Shown one piece after another: positions 26,381 through 36,649 of a DNA stretch of 39,960 nt. This DNA is from an uncultured Candidatus Saccharibacteria bacterium. GTDB lineage: Bacteria > Patescibacteriota > Minisyncoccia > Phycocordibacterales > UBA1006. Position 1 is the stretch's first letter. The number at the start of each line of letters is the position of its first letter. A model generated the notes under the pieces. The model saw only the letters and a program-made list of their open reading frames with translations, searched no databases and was not told the DNA's origin. A program made the position numbers and the translations under genes. The stretch lies in NCBI GenBank assembly GCA_964524475.1, contig CAZGCO010000003.1, forward strand, positions 6,922 to 46,881, in the 5' to 3' direction.

Positions 26381-27226
26381 TCAGAACCTGCTGGCGACTG
26401 TCCGAATCCTGATGTGTTGATTATTTTTATTTTGATTATTCGCTGGATCTAATACACCCGCAGTAGTCACGGTATAGATATCACCCAATCGATGATCAGG
26501 GTTTGGATCAGTACCATCACGAAATTGATAATAATATTTCTTACCAGAATCTAGACCTCCTATATATTGTTTCCAAAAATATTTTTTATTACTCACCGGT
26601 ACAGCAATATCTATAATCTTATATTCCTGAAGAGAGTTAGTAGTTTCACCTAAATATAAGTTCAGTTTTAGCGGGCTATTCGTAATCTGCGAACTAATAT
26701 TCCCTTGTAAAATAATTGTGTCTTCATCAACAGAAACATTATCAGTATTCGAGGGAGAAAAATAAAGTGTCAAATACGCAGAATTCATCGAAATGATAAT
26801 GCCTGATGTAGGGTCATTTACCGGCACCGCATTCAAAGTAATAACATTAGAACGTTGTTTCGTATTTCCATCAATTCCCTGGACGAATAACGTACCTGGA
26901 TTAATACCAGTCAGTGTTATCACGGGTGATATTTTTTCTGTTTGATTAACCGTCATTAATGGATGAGAAAATATCTGTAATGTTTTTAATTTTCCAGTAC
27001 CCAACAATGCCTGGTCTGCACTGTATTCTATATCGATAGCAAGCGTACCTGTCTGGAGCGCAGTAACAGAACCTGTAATTTCAAGAGTTTTTGCTACAGG
27101 ATTATAGGTTCCTGCAGTTAAATTTAATTGATAATTAGTCGCAGCAAAAATAGTAGACGGGGTAATAAAAAACAAAAAAGCCATCATACATAATCCAAAA
27201 TAAAAGGTCTTTGAAATACTATTCAT
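26381..27226 (-). CDS. Secreted protein with two beta-sandwich (Ig/FN3-like) domains (281 aa), probably the 5' part of a gene continuing into 25945..26304
   Basis: Signal peptide ending IFAATN and a beta-rich sequence (GLDSGKKYYYQFRDGTDPN). It ends in low-complexity NNQNKNNQ just where the other frame opens. Confidence 0.6.
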   Translation of the reverse strand: MNSISKTFYFGLCMMAFLFFITPSTIFAATNYQLNLTAGTYNPVAKTLEITGSVTALQTGTLAIDIEYSADQALLGTGKLKTLQIFSHPLMTVNQTEKISPVITLTGINPGTLFVQGIDGNTKQRSNVITLNAVPVNDPTSGIIISMNSAYLTLYFSPSNTDNVSVDEDTIILQGNISSQITNSPLKLNLYLGETTNSLQEYKIIDIAVPVSNKKYFWKQYIGGLDSGKKYYYQFRDGTDPNPDHRLGDIYTVTTAGVLDPANNQNKNNQHIRIRTVASRF

Positions 27227-27243
27227 GTTGTTATTCTAACACA

Positions 27244-27270
27244 AAACCCTATGTTACTACAATAGGGTTT
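27244..27270 (-). terminator. Intrinsic terminator after the solute-binding protein gene
   Basis: aaaccctat...atagggttt stem with a U-rich tail on the minus strand. Confidence 0.65.
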
Positions 27271-27279
27271 TGTGGGATA

Positions 27280-28608
27280 TTATTTTGGTTGTTCATTACG
27301 TAACTGTGCAATGATATCACTGTACCAGTTATTATACGCACCTAACGGGTTTATCGATCCTGCGTTTACTTGATTAATATTTTTTTCTAAACTATTAGCA
27401 ATAATTGAAACATTTGGATTCCAATAACTATTAGCAACAATAGCTGCAGAATAAATCAAACTCCGTACTGCATCATCTGGTGGTAATGTTTGTAACATGT
27501 CACGTCTAGCAGGAGCAATCCATGTAGCAGATAAAACACTAGTGATAATATCACGAGTACTGATCATCTGTAAAACAGCTACTGCAAGAGTACTGTTTTT
27601 TGATAATTTACTGACACCCCATCCGTTCATATTACCATACACAGTTTTCTTACCTCCTGTTTCTGGCATAGGTACCATATGAATATCAAAATTTAGATTA
27701 GGATTTTTTGTACGTAACACAGGGAGTTCACTGGCAAACCCGATATATAATGGGAGTTTACCCGCAATAAACAAATCACGATTGTTACGTTGCGCAGTAT
27801 TCCATGTATACGTGTCAGAATTTTTATTTGAAAAACTTGTATAAAAATCAAACACCTGATCTGCGCCAGAATCTGTAACTGATCCTAATGTGCTCACTAC
27901 TTCGCCTGTTTCAGTATTGAGCGCAGTGATTTTTTCACCTGTTTGTAATAATAATGTGGTAATAATTTTATCTGCGTGCATCACATTAGCATATCCACCC
28001 AGGGCAATCATAGACTGATTAATCTGTCCGGTGTCAGATATTTTTGTGAGACTGTCTCTCATAGAAACCAGTTCAGTCCATGTTTTTGGAGCATTTACTA
28101 AAAACGCAGCTGATAGCATGTCCTGATTAACGTACATTACCAAGGGATCGACCGTCATAGGAAAACCTGCGATACCATCCTTGAACACAAACAATCTAGA
28201 TTGATCAATATAAGTATCCTTGAAAGATTTTTCCGGTAATGAAGTAAACGGGATCATGAATAATCGCGGTTTATGATGAAGTACTGTTTCAGGGGTAATC
28301 ATAAAAATATCAGGACCTGTCCCCGAAGCGAGTGCGTTTACCAATTCTGTTTCAAATGTTTCAGGTTTTTTTTCTACATAATTCACACGCAAATCTTTTT
28401 GAGTTGATTGTAATGCGTCAAAACTATTCTTCATAACTTGATATGGTAATGTTCCCCACACACTTACCGAACCAATCAGTTGACCAGCTTTTGGTGTACT
28501 GGTTGCATTATTATTTCCTGCAAACATTGCGACAGCAATTAAAATACCCAAACCAAAAACCGATAGTACGGCAATATTAAAAATTGATTTTTGTGTTTTT
28601 TTATCCAT
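27280..28608 (-). CDS. Extracellular solute-binding protein (ABC transporter family 1-like), membrane anchored (442 aa)
   Basis: N-terminal anchor followed by a typical SBP_bac_1-like pattern (GTGPDIFMI, WTELV, the overall length). No permease or ATPase gene is adjacent. Confidence 0.6.
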   Translation of the reverse strand: MDKKTQKSIFNIAVLSVFGLGILIAVAMFAGNNNATSTPKAGQLIGSVSVWGTLPYQVMKNSFDALQSTQKDLRVNYVEKKPETFETELVNALASGTGPDIFMITPETVLHHKPRLFMIPFTSLPEKSFKDTYIDQSRLFVFKDGIAGFPMTVDPLVMYVNQDMLSAAFLVNAPKTWTELVSMRDSLTKISDTGQINQSMIALGGYANVMHADKIITTLLLQTGEKITALNTETGEVVSTLGSVTDSGADQVFDFYTSFSNKNSDTYTWNTAQRNNRDLFIAGKLPLYIGFASELPVLRTKNPNLNFDIHMVPMPETGGKKTVYGNMNGWGVSKLSKNSTLAVAVLQMISTRDIITSVLSATWIAPARRDMLQTLPPDDAVRSLIYSAAIVANSYWNPNVSIIANSLEKNINQVNAGSINPLGAYNNWYSDIIAQLRNEQPK

Positions 28609-28616
28609 ATAATTAA

Positions 28617-29150
28617 TTAAGAAAATTTTTTGAATATCATACCATAATGATGCGAACCGACATTACCCAGGTCTCCTTGATAATCTAAACCACTGGTAGC
28701 ACACAATGATTTCAAGGTTTCAGCGGGAATAACATGATCAGCTATGGGTCCTAATCCATGAAATGAATCAGACCATTCAATAACATATAACCGACCATTT
28801 GATTTTAAAAGTCTTGTTATTTCAGATAACACACGTAGCTTGTCAGCACATTGAAATAATACATTAGATAATAATATAATATCAGCAGATTCATGCACCA
28901 GTGACACTCCATCAATATGTTCAATATCTGCAACCAGTGCAGTAACATTGGTAATACCTGATTCACGGCAATCATTACGTAATCTCTGAACAACATCTGG
29001 TAATATATCAAGAGCGTACATATGACCACTGGTTCCGATATGTTGTACGATAGCACGAGAAAAATTACCAATACCTGAACCAACATCAATAACCACCATT
29101 CCTGGTAATAGTCCTAATTGTTGTACGACATTTTCTGGGTTTAAAAACAT
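28617..29150 (-). CDS. Class I SAM-dependent methyltransferase (177 aa)
   Basis: Motif I VIDVGSGIGNFS, an acidic post-I residue (YALDI) and motif IV-like ILLSNVL. Confidence 0.75.
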   Translation of the reverse strand: MFLNPENVVQQLGLLPGMVVIDVGSGIGNFSRAIVQHIGTSGHMYALDILPDVVQRLRNDCRESGITNVTALVADIEHIDGVSLVHESADIILLSNVLFQCADKLRVLSEITRLLKSNGRLYVIEWSDSFHGLGPIADHVIPAETLKSLCATSGLDYQGDLGNVGSHHYGMIFKKFS

Positions 29151-29184
29151 AATAATATTATATCATACAAATTTTAAAAACAAA

Positions 29185-29208
29185 AAAGCAAGCACGTGCT
29201 TACTTTTC
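29185..29208 (-). terminator. Intrinsic terminator overlapping the stop codon of the upstream gene
   Basis: aaaagcaagcac/gtgcttactttt hairpin with one mismatch, followed by a T-run on the minus strand. Confidence 0.65.
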
Positions 29209-29529
29209 TGAAATAATATTTTTTGTCCACAAAGTGTTTGGTTTTTCGAGAGATTCTTCTCCTGTATCAGGTAGTAAGCCACCAGACCGATCCAGTACCA
29301 TCATGGACATATTTGCAACATCGGCAGTGTATTCTCGAATTAATTCTAAATCATTTTCCTTTACTGCTTGTTGTAGTTTTCCTGTATGATAATAAATCTC
29401 TAATACAAGCTGCATAGGATCACATGCTAACCAACCTGGTCTGTCCCCTTTTCTTTTATTTACTGCAAGTTGTTTAATCATTTCTTCTTGAAATAAATTT
29501 GTTATTTCTTTATACAAAGGATTCTCCAT
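29200..29529 (-). CDS. Hypothetical all-alpha protein (109 aa); weak resemblance to MazG-like NTP pyrophosphohydrolases
   Basis: The ADVANMSMMVLD segment resembles the second acidic helix of MazG-like folds. The first EExxE motif is not evident. Confidence 0.3.
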   Translation of the reverse strand: MENPLYKEITNLFQEEMIKQLAVNKRKGDRPGWLACDPMQLVLEIYYHTGKLQQAVKENDLELIREYTADVANMSMMVLDRSGGLLPDTGEESLEKPNTLWTKNIISEK

Positions 29530-29533
29530 ACTT

Positions 29534-30974
<1,441 letters not shown>

Positions 30975-31009
30975 ATAAAAATATAGTATCATAAAATATA
31001 TAATAAAAA

Positions 31010-31037
31010 AAGCCGAACAAAATAAATTGTTCGGCTT
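31010..31037 (-). terminator. Intrinsic terminator after pyrC
   Basis: aagccgaacaa-aataaa-ttgttcggctt hairpin with a T-run on the minus strand. Confidence 0.8.
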
Positions 31038-31057
31038 ATTACAAGATATGTAATTTT

Positions 31058-32197
31058 CTAAGAATACAGTACTCTCCATGGCAAGGTTTGTCCTGCAAAT
31101 GGAGTTACTATTCTGTCGTAATTGTCTTGAACCTCTGTACCGTTATTTGGATCTAGAATTAATTCCACAGTTTTTTGCGGTAATCTATCCTTGATTCCAT
31201 AGAACTCTGGCATGATATCACATGCGAATTTTGGCAAATGTTCAAGTATTCCTATCTGATCAAAAGCCATTGCATAGAGTTCTAGTGCTATTGGAGCAGA
31301 ATACACACCACATGCTCCGCACTCACAAAATTTCTTTTCTTGTGTATGAGGAGCACTGTCAGTACCGAGGCCGAATTTTTTAATTCCTGATCTATTTTGC
31401 AAGATCAAAACATTTCTAAGTGCCTCAACATTTTTCTTTGATTTCAAAATCGGTCTGCACATCATTACGGGATGCATACCGTTTTTATTAGAATCATATT
31501 TAAAGGTATTTTCCATAGTAGTAACACCATTAAACAATGCTCTGCTATCAAATAACAAATGTTGTGGTGTAATAGTTGCACGAATATTTTTATGCTCCAT
31601 GACAAAATCTACGGCCTCTTTAGTGGTGATATGCTCCATCACTATAGGTAGTTCTGGAAAATCACGCCTTAGTGCTTTCATTTCATTGTTCAAGAAAACA
31701 CCCTCACGCTCAAAATCATCTATCAAATTGTTTTCGTGATTTAACGCAATTTCCCCGTGTATAAGAATAGGGATTTGAAGTTTTTGCATCATTTCCAAAA
31801 CATGCCTGACTTCATGGAAACCATTCATACCTTTGTCACTATTAGTCGTACCACCTTTGGGGTAGTATTTTACACCACCAAAAGCAAGGTTACCTGTTTG
31901 GAAAAATTCAGACCTTGCAAATTGTAAGTCTGATTCTTTTAAATCAGATGACAAGAAATAAGTCATAAGTGATAGAAAATCATGTCCCGCAGTTACTTGT
32001 TTGACCTGATCTGCATACCAACGGATTTCTTTTTCAGAAAATATGTTAGTACATATACCTGGTATACCAGTGTTTGGCATGAGGAGTCCCCCAGAGAATT
32101 GTCTCATAGAATATGGAGCTACCTGTTTCATAAGTGTTTCGAGCACTCTCCAGTGGATGTGTGCGTCAAATGGGTTTATAAGTGTTACTGTGTTCAT
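31058..32197 (-). CDS. pyrC: Dihydroorotase, E. coli-type (class II) (379 aa)
   Basis: FDAHIHWR, LMPNT, KYYPKGGTTNS, LIHGE, MEHITTKEAV, ATITPQHLLF and GTDSAPH. The start is set at MNTVTL, 4 nt after the upstream stop. Confidence 0.85.
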   Translation of the reverse strand: MNTVTLINPFDAHIHWRVLETLMKQVAPYSMRQFSGGLLMPNTGIPGICTNIFSEKEIRWYADQVKQVTAGHDFLSLMTYFLSSDLKESDLQFARSEFFQTGNLAFGGVKYYPKGGTTNSDKGMNGFHEVRHVLEMMQKLQIPILIHGEIALNHENNLIDDFEREGVFLNNEMKALRRDFPELPIVMEHITTKEAVDFVMEHKNIRATITPQHLLFDSRALFNGVTTMENTFKYDSNKNGMHPVMMCRPILKSKKNVEALRNVLILQNRSGIKKFGLGTDSAPHTQEKKFCECGACGVYSAPIALELYAMAFDQIGILEHLPKFACDIMPEFYGIKDRLPQKTVELILDPNNGTEVQDNYDRIVTPFAGQTLPWRVLYS

Positions 32198-32201
32198 AGT
32201 T

Positions 32202-33215
32202 TTAAAAATTTTGTTTTTGTGAAAAAATTTGGTTTCCGTACTGTATGAGACTTTGTAATCTCCATGGTCGTACAATAGCGACCGAACCAAGTGCAATACC
32301 TTTGACGCAATGGAAACTTGAAAGTAGGTTAATATCGCGTTTGGTCATAATTCCTCCACCAGCAATAATTATTACCGTGGGATCAACTTGTTCCATTCTG
32401 TCTACCCAATTTAATAGATGAGCGTACAAAGGTTTTCCTGATAAACCACCTGCAAATTTACCACCAAAATATTTTAATAATGGTGATCCATTTGGAAAAT
32501 AGTATTTCCACCATGACTCCTCTGTTAAACCCCCCTTTCCAAAAGGCAAGGTATTACCTATAAGAAACGCATCACAGTATGGTTTAATAGCTACAATAGT
32601 TTCTTGTTTAAATAATAAATCAAACTTTGGAATAAGAGGTGTGTCAGGAAAATATTTTCGGAATATTTTTAAGATTTCAATAATTTCTCCTGGGTCTTGT
32701 TCTTGATTATGGCCTGTGTTAGGACACGAAAAATTAACCTGAATACCATAATTTTTGTATTTTTCTGGACTCATGTGTTGATGTACCAGTTTACAAAAAT
32801 TTTCTGTTTCAATTAACTTCTCTACTAGATTCCCTGCCATTGGCATAAATGATATTTGAAACATACCTCTTCTCTTTTGCCACTTGTTAATTTTAAGCAT
32901 GTATTCTGCTCCAGGATTTGCTAATCCTACAGCATTTACTACTTTTGCTCCAAAAAAATCTACCCAAATAGAATTTGGAAACCATTTTTTGAGCTTGTAT
33001 CCATCTTTTAGTTCTGTATTAGAACTTTCTGGATAAATACGAGGATTGAGAGTAATTGTTTTAGCAACAAATGTTGCACCAGTAAAAGAAAATCCAAATA
33101 AGCCAAGAATCAGCTTATAAATTCTATGATGAGGATATTCGTCTCCTTCACCAAAAAATCCTTGAACACCGGATTGACCCCAGACGTTTGCGAATGTAAT
33201 ATTTTTTAATTTCAT
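32202..33215 (-). CDS. Dihydroorotate dehydrogenase-like flavoprotein (class 1-like, divergent) (337 aa)
   Basis: KTITLNPR, NAVGLANPG, NFSCPNTG (active-site Cys), GGLSGKPL and IIAGGGI. Confidence 0.6.
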   Translation of the reverse strand: MKLKNITFANVWGQSGVQGFFGEGDEYPHHRIYKLILGLFGFSFTGATFVAKTITLNPRIYPESSNTELKDGYKLKKWFPNSIWVDFFGAKVVNAVGLANPGAEYMLKINKWQKRRGMFQISFMPMAGNLVEKLIETENFCKLVHQHMSPEKYKNYGIQVNFSCPNTGHNQEQDPGEIIEILKIFRKYFPDTPLIPKFDLLFKQETIVAIKPYCDAFLIGNTLPFGKGGLTEESWWKYYFPNGSPLLKYFGGKFAGGLSGKPLYAHLLNWVDRMEQVDPTVIIIAGGGIMTKRDINLLSSFHCVKGIALGSVAIVRPWRLQSLIQYGNQIFSQKQNF

Positions 33216-33243
33216 TTTTATTATTTAAGACGTGAGTTTAAAT

Positions 33244-33264
33244 AACTGTTGACAATGAACAGTT
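33244..33264. promoter_or_regulatory. Inverted repeat AACTGTT-N7-AACAGTT upstream of the pyrD-like/pyrC operon
   Basis: Perfect 7-bp arms read directly, lying between the greA terminator and the pyrD-like start. Confidence 0.3.
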
Positions 33265-33294
33265 TTTTCAAAAAAACAATAACATACTTATACT

Positions 33295-33323
33295 AAAAAA
33301 GCAAGTTGGTTACTTGCTTTTTT
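33295..33323. terminator. Bidirectional intrinsic terminator after greA
   Basis: aaaaaagcaagt-tggtt-acttgctttttt hairpin. Confidence 0.8.
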
Positions 33324-33328
33324 ATGAC

Positions 33329-33790
33329 TTATTTTATCTCTACAATTTCATACACAGTCTCACCCCGAGGAGTAACGACCACAAATGTATCCCCTACTGA
33401 CTTGCCCATCATGGCACTACCGATTGGACTGGTTACTGCCATTTTACCAGATTCTAAATCTGATTCACGTTCGGTAACCATGTGATATGTTTTCACGTCA
33501 TCTGTTCCCTGTTTTTTGAAACTCACCGTTGCACCCATTTCTGCATTACTTCCCCCTGTACGGGTAATAATCTTTGCATGTTTTAACATGTGTTCAATAT
33601 ATTGAATTCTGGATTCCATACGTGACTGTTCTTCACGACTGGTTTGATATTCTGCGTTTTCAGATAAATCTCCCAATGCACGCGCAGAACCAACCCGTTC
33701 AATAACGTCAGGGCGTACCACGGTTTTCAAATGATGTAATTCTGTTTCCAGTTCTGCATGTTTTTCTGCAGTGATAAATTCTGATGACAT
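33329..33790 (-). CDS. greA: Transcription elongation factor GreA (153 aa)
   Basis: LSENAEY...EQ..ME.RI. coiled-coil N-domain and the C-terminal SPIG.A..GK.VGD....P.G motif. Confidence 0.9.
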   Translation of the reverse strand: MSSEFITAEKHAELETELHHLKTVVRPDVIERVGSARALGDLSENAEYQTSREEQSRMESRIQYIEHMLKHAKIITRTGGSNAEMGATVSFKKQGTDDVKTYHMVTERESDLESGKMAVTSPIGSAMMGKSVGDTFVVVTPRGETVYEIVEIK

Positions 33791-33806
33791 GTGACATATA
33801 TACCAC

Positions 33807-33843
33807 AAAAAATACTGATATGCAAAGCATATCAGTATTTTTT
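33807..33843. terminator. Intrinsic terminator after the PBP2 gene
   Basis: aaaaaatactgatatgc-aaa-gcatatcagtatttttt, a 17-bp stem. Confidence 0.85.
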
Positions 33844-33853
33844 GAAACCTCTA

Positions 33854-35731
33854 TTAATTCTCTTCAATACTATTTCCCATATAAAATGCTTCAACCGTAT
33901 CCCGAGGAATCTCAACAGGCGTAGATAATTCTTCTGATGAATTATTAGTAATCGATGTTTCTGTAGTAGTTTTTTCTAATAATCCAATCGGTACGATGGG
34001 GTCTGATTTTTTAGATAATCCGACATATTCTGGATCGTTCGTATACATCCATTCGAACAATCTGCGCATCACTGACGAGGCACCAGTAACGTTCGTCTTT
34101 GGTCCTTGTTCCATTACCACCGTGAATGCATATTGTGGATCTTCATAAGGAAAAAATCCTGTAGTCCATGAATTCATATATTGACGATTTGCACCTACCT
34201 GCGCAGTTCCTGTTTTTGCAGCAACGTGAACATAGGGCAGATTCATACTTTGTGCGGTTCCACGTAATACTGTTTCGCGCATGGCACGACGCATAATATC
34301 GTAATTTTGTTTATCAATACCTGATATTTTTTCAAATTGCGAAAAATCTTTTTGTCCTCCGGTGATAATATATGGTTCTATCAATACTCCATCGTTTGCA
34401 ATAGCCCCCACTGCACGAACAACAGGCAATATACCAACCTGAAAACCGAATTGCCCAATAGACGAGTTATACGTATCCCCTAATCTCCAAGCACCTTCTT
34501 TGAAATTTTTTACTTTCCATGCCTGACTGGGTACAGTACCTTTTTTTCCTTTTGATAATTCAGTAATAACCGGTTCGGCGATTTTAAACTTGTTCATATA
34601 TTCATTTATTCTATCAATACCCAATCCCTGTTGCCCACGCCAACCACCACCAATAGCATAGAAAAATGTATTTACTGATTCTGCAATAGCAGTATAAACA
34701 TTTACCGTTCCATGTCCTCCTTCTTTCCAATCACGAAATATTTGTGGACGATCTTTATCATATCTGTTAGGAATTTCTATCTGCCCGCTACTATATACAG
34801 TTGTATCTGAGGTAATAAGTTTTTCCTGAAGCGCAGCAATAGCCATGTAGGGTTTCACAATAGACCCTGGCGTATACAACCCAGAAAGTGCACGATTTAA
34901 AAATGGTTTTCGTGAATCAGTATAATATTTTTGAATAGCCTCTTTGTCAGTTCCTCTGGATAGTACATGCATGTCATATTCTGGATAGGTAACCAATGCA
35001 ATAATTTCACCTGTGTGAATATTCACAATAGTTCCTGCACCCCCAACGAATCCCAGGTTTTTCGCCTGATCTGCAATAGCACTATATAATTCTGATTGTA
35101 TTCCAGCATCAATAGTCAGGGTAATATTAGAACCGGGAATCGCACCACTACCCATGTTTTCATTAGTTATTTCACCATTTACATTTAATTCTAATAATTT
35201 TCTCCCGTTTGTACCTGCCAATTCTTTGTTTTTTATTTTTTCAATCCCTTCTTTACCAATAATAGATTCACGCCAAAATACCCCCGATGTATCACGTGTC
35301 GGATATCCAACATAACCAATCAAGTGTGAGAACCCAGGTTTATGAATATAATCACGCTCCAAAAATGGATTAGTAGGATCAAGAGCGGGAACATTCCATG
35401 ATAATTCAGTCTGATTTCTGTCATAAATAACTCCACGTTCTGCGAATAATGGTGTTTCTTGTAATCTGTTATTTTCACTTTTTGCAAAATACTCATCACC
35501 CTTGATAATCTGCAAATATCCTGAACGAATAGTAAAAATAATCATAACCCCAACAATCACTATACCTAAAATATTCAAAGCTGTTTCAGATATTGATTTT
35601 TCAATTACTCCTTCCATTTGATGCATATCAAACCCTGGCATATTACGACCATCCATAAAAACCTCATCTGCATGTATAAATGATGGCAATTCTTTGTTTT
35701 TATGAAATATTTTTTTAATAAAATTTACCAT
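33854..35731 (-). CDS. mrdA: Penicillin-binding protein 2 (class B transpeptidase) (625 aa)
   Basis: N-terminal anchor and pedestal domain, plus SxxK (PGSIVKP), SxN (NSSIGQ) and KTGTAQ motifs. Confidence 0.85.
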   Translation of the reverse strand: MVNFIKKIFHKNKELPSFIHADEVFMDGRNMPGFDMHQMEGVIEKSISETALNILGIVIVGVMIIFTIRSGYLQIIKGDEYFAKSENNRLQETPLFAERGVIYDRNQTELSWNVPALDPTNPFLERDYIHKPGFSHLIGYVGYPTRDTSGVFWRESIIGKEGIEKIKNKELAGTNGRKLLELNVNGEITNENMGSGAIPGSNITLTIDAGIQSELYSAIADQAKNLGFVGGAGTIVNIHTGEIIALVTYPEYDMHVLSRGTDKEAIQKYYTDSRKPFLNRALSGLYTPGSIVKPYMAIAALQEKLITSDTTVYSSGQIEIPNRYDKDRPQIFRDWKEGGHGTVNVYTAIAESVNTFFYAIGGGWRGQQGLGIDRINEYMNKFKIAEPVITELSKGKKGTVPSQAWKVKNFKEGAWRLGDTYNSSIGQFGFQVGILPVVRAVGAIANDGVLIEPYIITGGQKDFSQFEKISGIDKQNYDIMRRAMRETVLRGTAQSMNLPYVHVAAKTGTAQVGANRQYMNSWTTGFFPYEDPQYAFTVVMEQGPKTNVTGASSVMRRLFEWMYTNDPEYVGLSKKSDPIVPIGLLEKTTTETSITNNSSEELSTPVEIPRDTVEAFYMGNSIEEN

Positions 35732-35740
35732 AAATAATCA

Positions 35741-36004
35741 TTACAACGACTTTCTCATATTATTGATAACAAATATACGCACACCTAAAAATAACAAAGG
35801 AATCATACTGTACACAATATGTAATTCTATAAGTGGTGTTGTGTATACACTCATCCATAAAAACCAAATAATAACTCCTTCAAAATAAAGAGGAAAATAA
35901 CATACCGCACACACAATTCCCACTAATAAAAACCACCAGGACATCCACCATGTTCCAATGATTAAAAATATACCTACACCAATCCGTAAAAGTAATTGTT
36001 TCAT
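35741..36004 (-). CDS. Small polytopic membrane protein (87 aa), possibly a reduced MreD-like protein by position only
   Basis: Three hydrophobic helices, immediately upstream of PBP2. Confidence 0.4.
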   Translation of the reverse strand: MKQLLLRIGVGIFLIIGTWWMSWWFLLVGIVCAVCYFPLYFEGVIIWFLWMSVYTTPLIELHIVYSMIPLLFLGVRIFVINNMRKSL

Positions 36005-36011
36005 AATAATA

Positions 36012-36572
36012 CTATTCTGTACTTGGTGAAGTAAAGAATATACGGAGAATATTTTTTAATACTACTAACACAAAAAATATTCCTACTCCATAAAAAATCA
36101 CTGGTGTTTGAAATATAAATATCAATATTTTCAAGAAAAATTTATACGCAAAACCAATAGTATTTTCTGGATTAAAATTCTCAATAACATCTTTGATTTC
36201 ACGACTCGTATCAAAATTATCAATAATATCATCAGTTATTTTTGTATCTAATGATTTTTTTTCATCAGTAGGTTTCGTAGCTACAGGAGTCACATGAATT
36301 TTGTTTTGTAATATTTCTGGTAAAACGATTTTACTATTTTCTGCAACCATACCCTGCCAAACAATTACTTGATCTGTTCGCCATATTTCTATAGGCATAT
36401 AGATATGTGTAGTAAACCAATTTTTTCCCTCTGTTTTTACGGTTTCTACTGCGGCTTGTGCATCAGCAGGAATTTGAGCGGGTTTTTTTACTTCAGCAAA
36501 AACTATAGCCATTGGCATGATTATTAATAATAATCCAGTAATAAAAAATCGATTACCTAATGAATATTTCAT
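36012..36572 (-). CDS. Hypothetical protein with a signal/anchor N-terminus and a C-terminal TM region (186 aa)
   Basis: MKYSLGNRFFITGLLLIIMPMAIVFA is signal-like, and the C-terminus is hydrophobic. The start is moved to 36572 to avoid overlapping the divergent gene. Confidence 0.5.
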   Translation of the reverse strand: MKYSLGNRFFITGLLLIIMPMAIVFAEVKKPAQIPADAQAAVETVKTEGKNWFTTHIYMPIEIWRTDQVIVWQGMVAENSKIVLPEILQNKIHVTPVATKPTDEKKSLDTKITDDIIDNFDTSREIKDVIENFNPENTIGFAYKFFLKILIFIFQTPVIFYGVGIFFVLVVLKNILRIFFTSPSTE

Positions 36573-36649
36573 AATATTTTTATCATACCATATACATAAT
36601 GAAAAAGAAAATTGATATTCCAAAACAGTTCATGTATAATAATATACAT

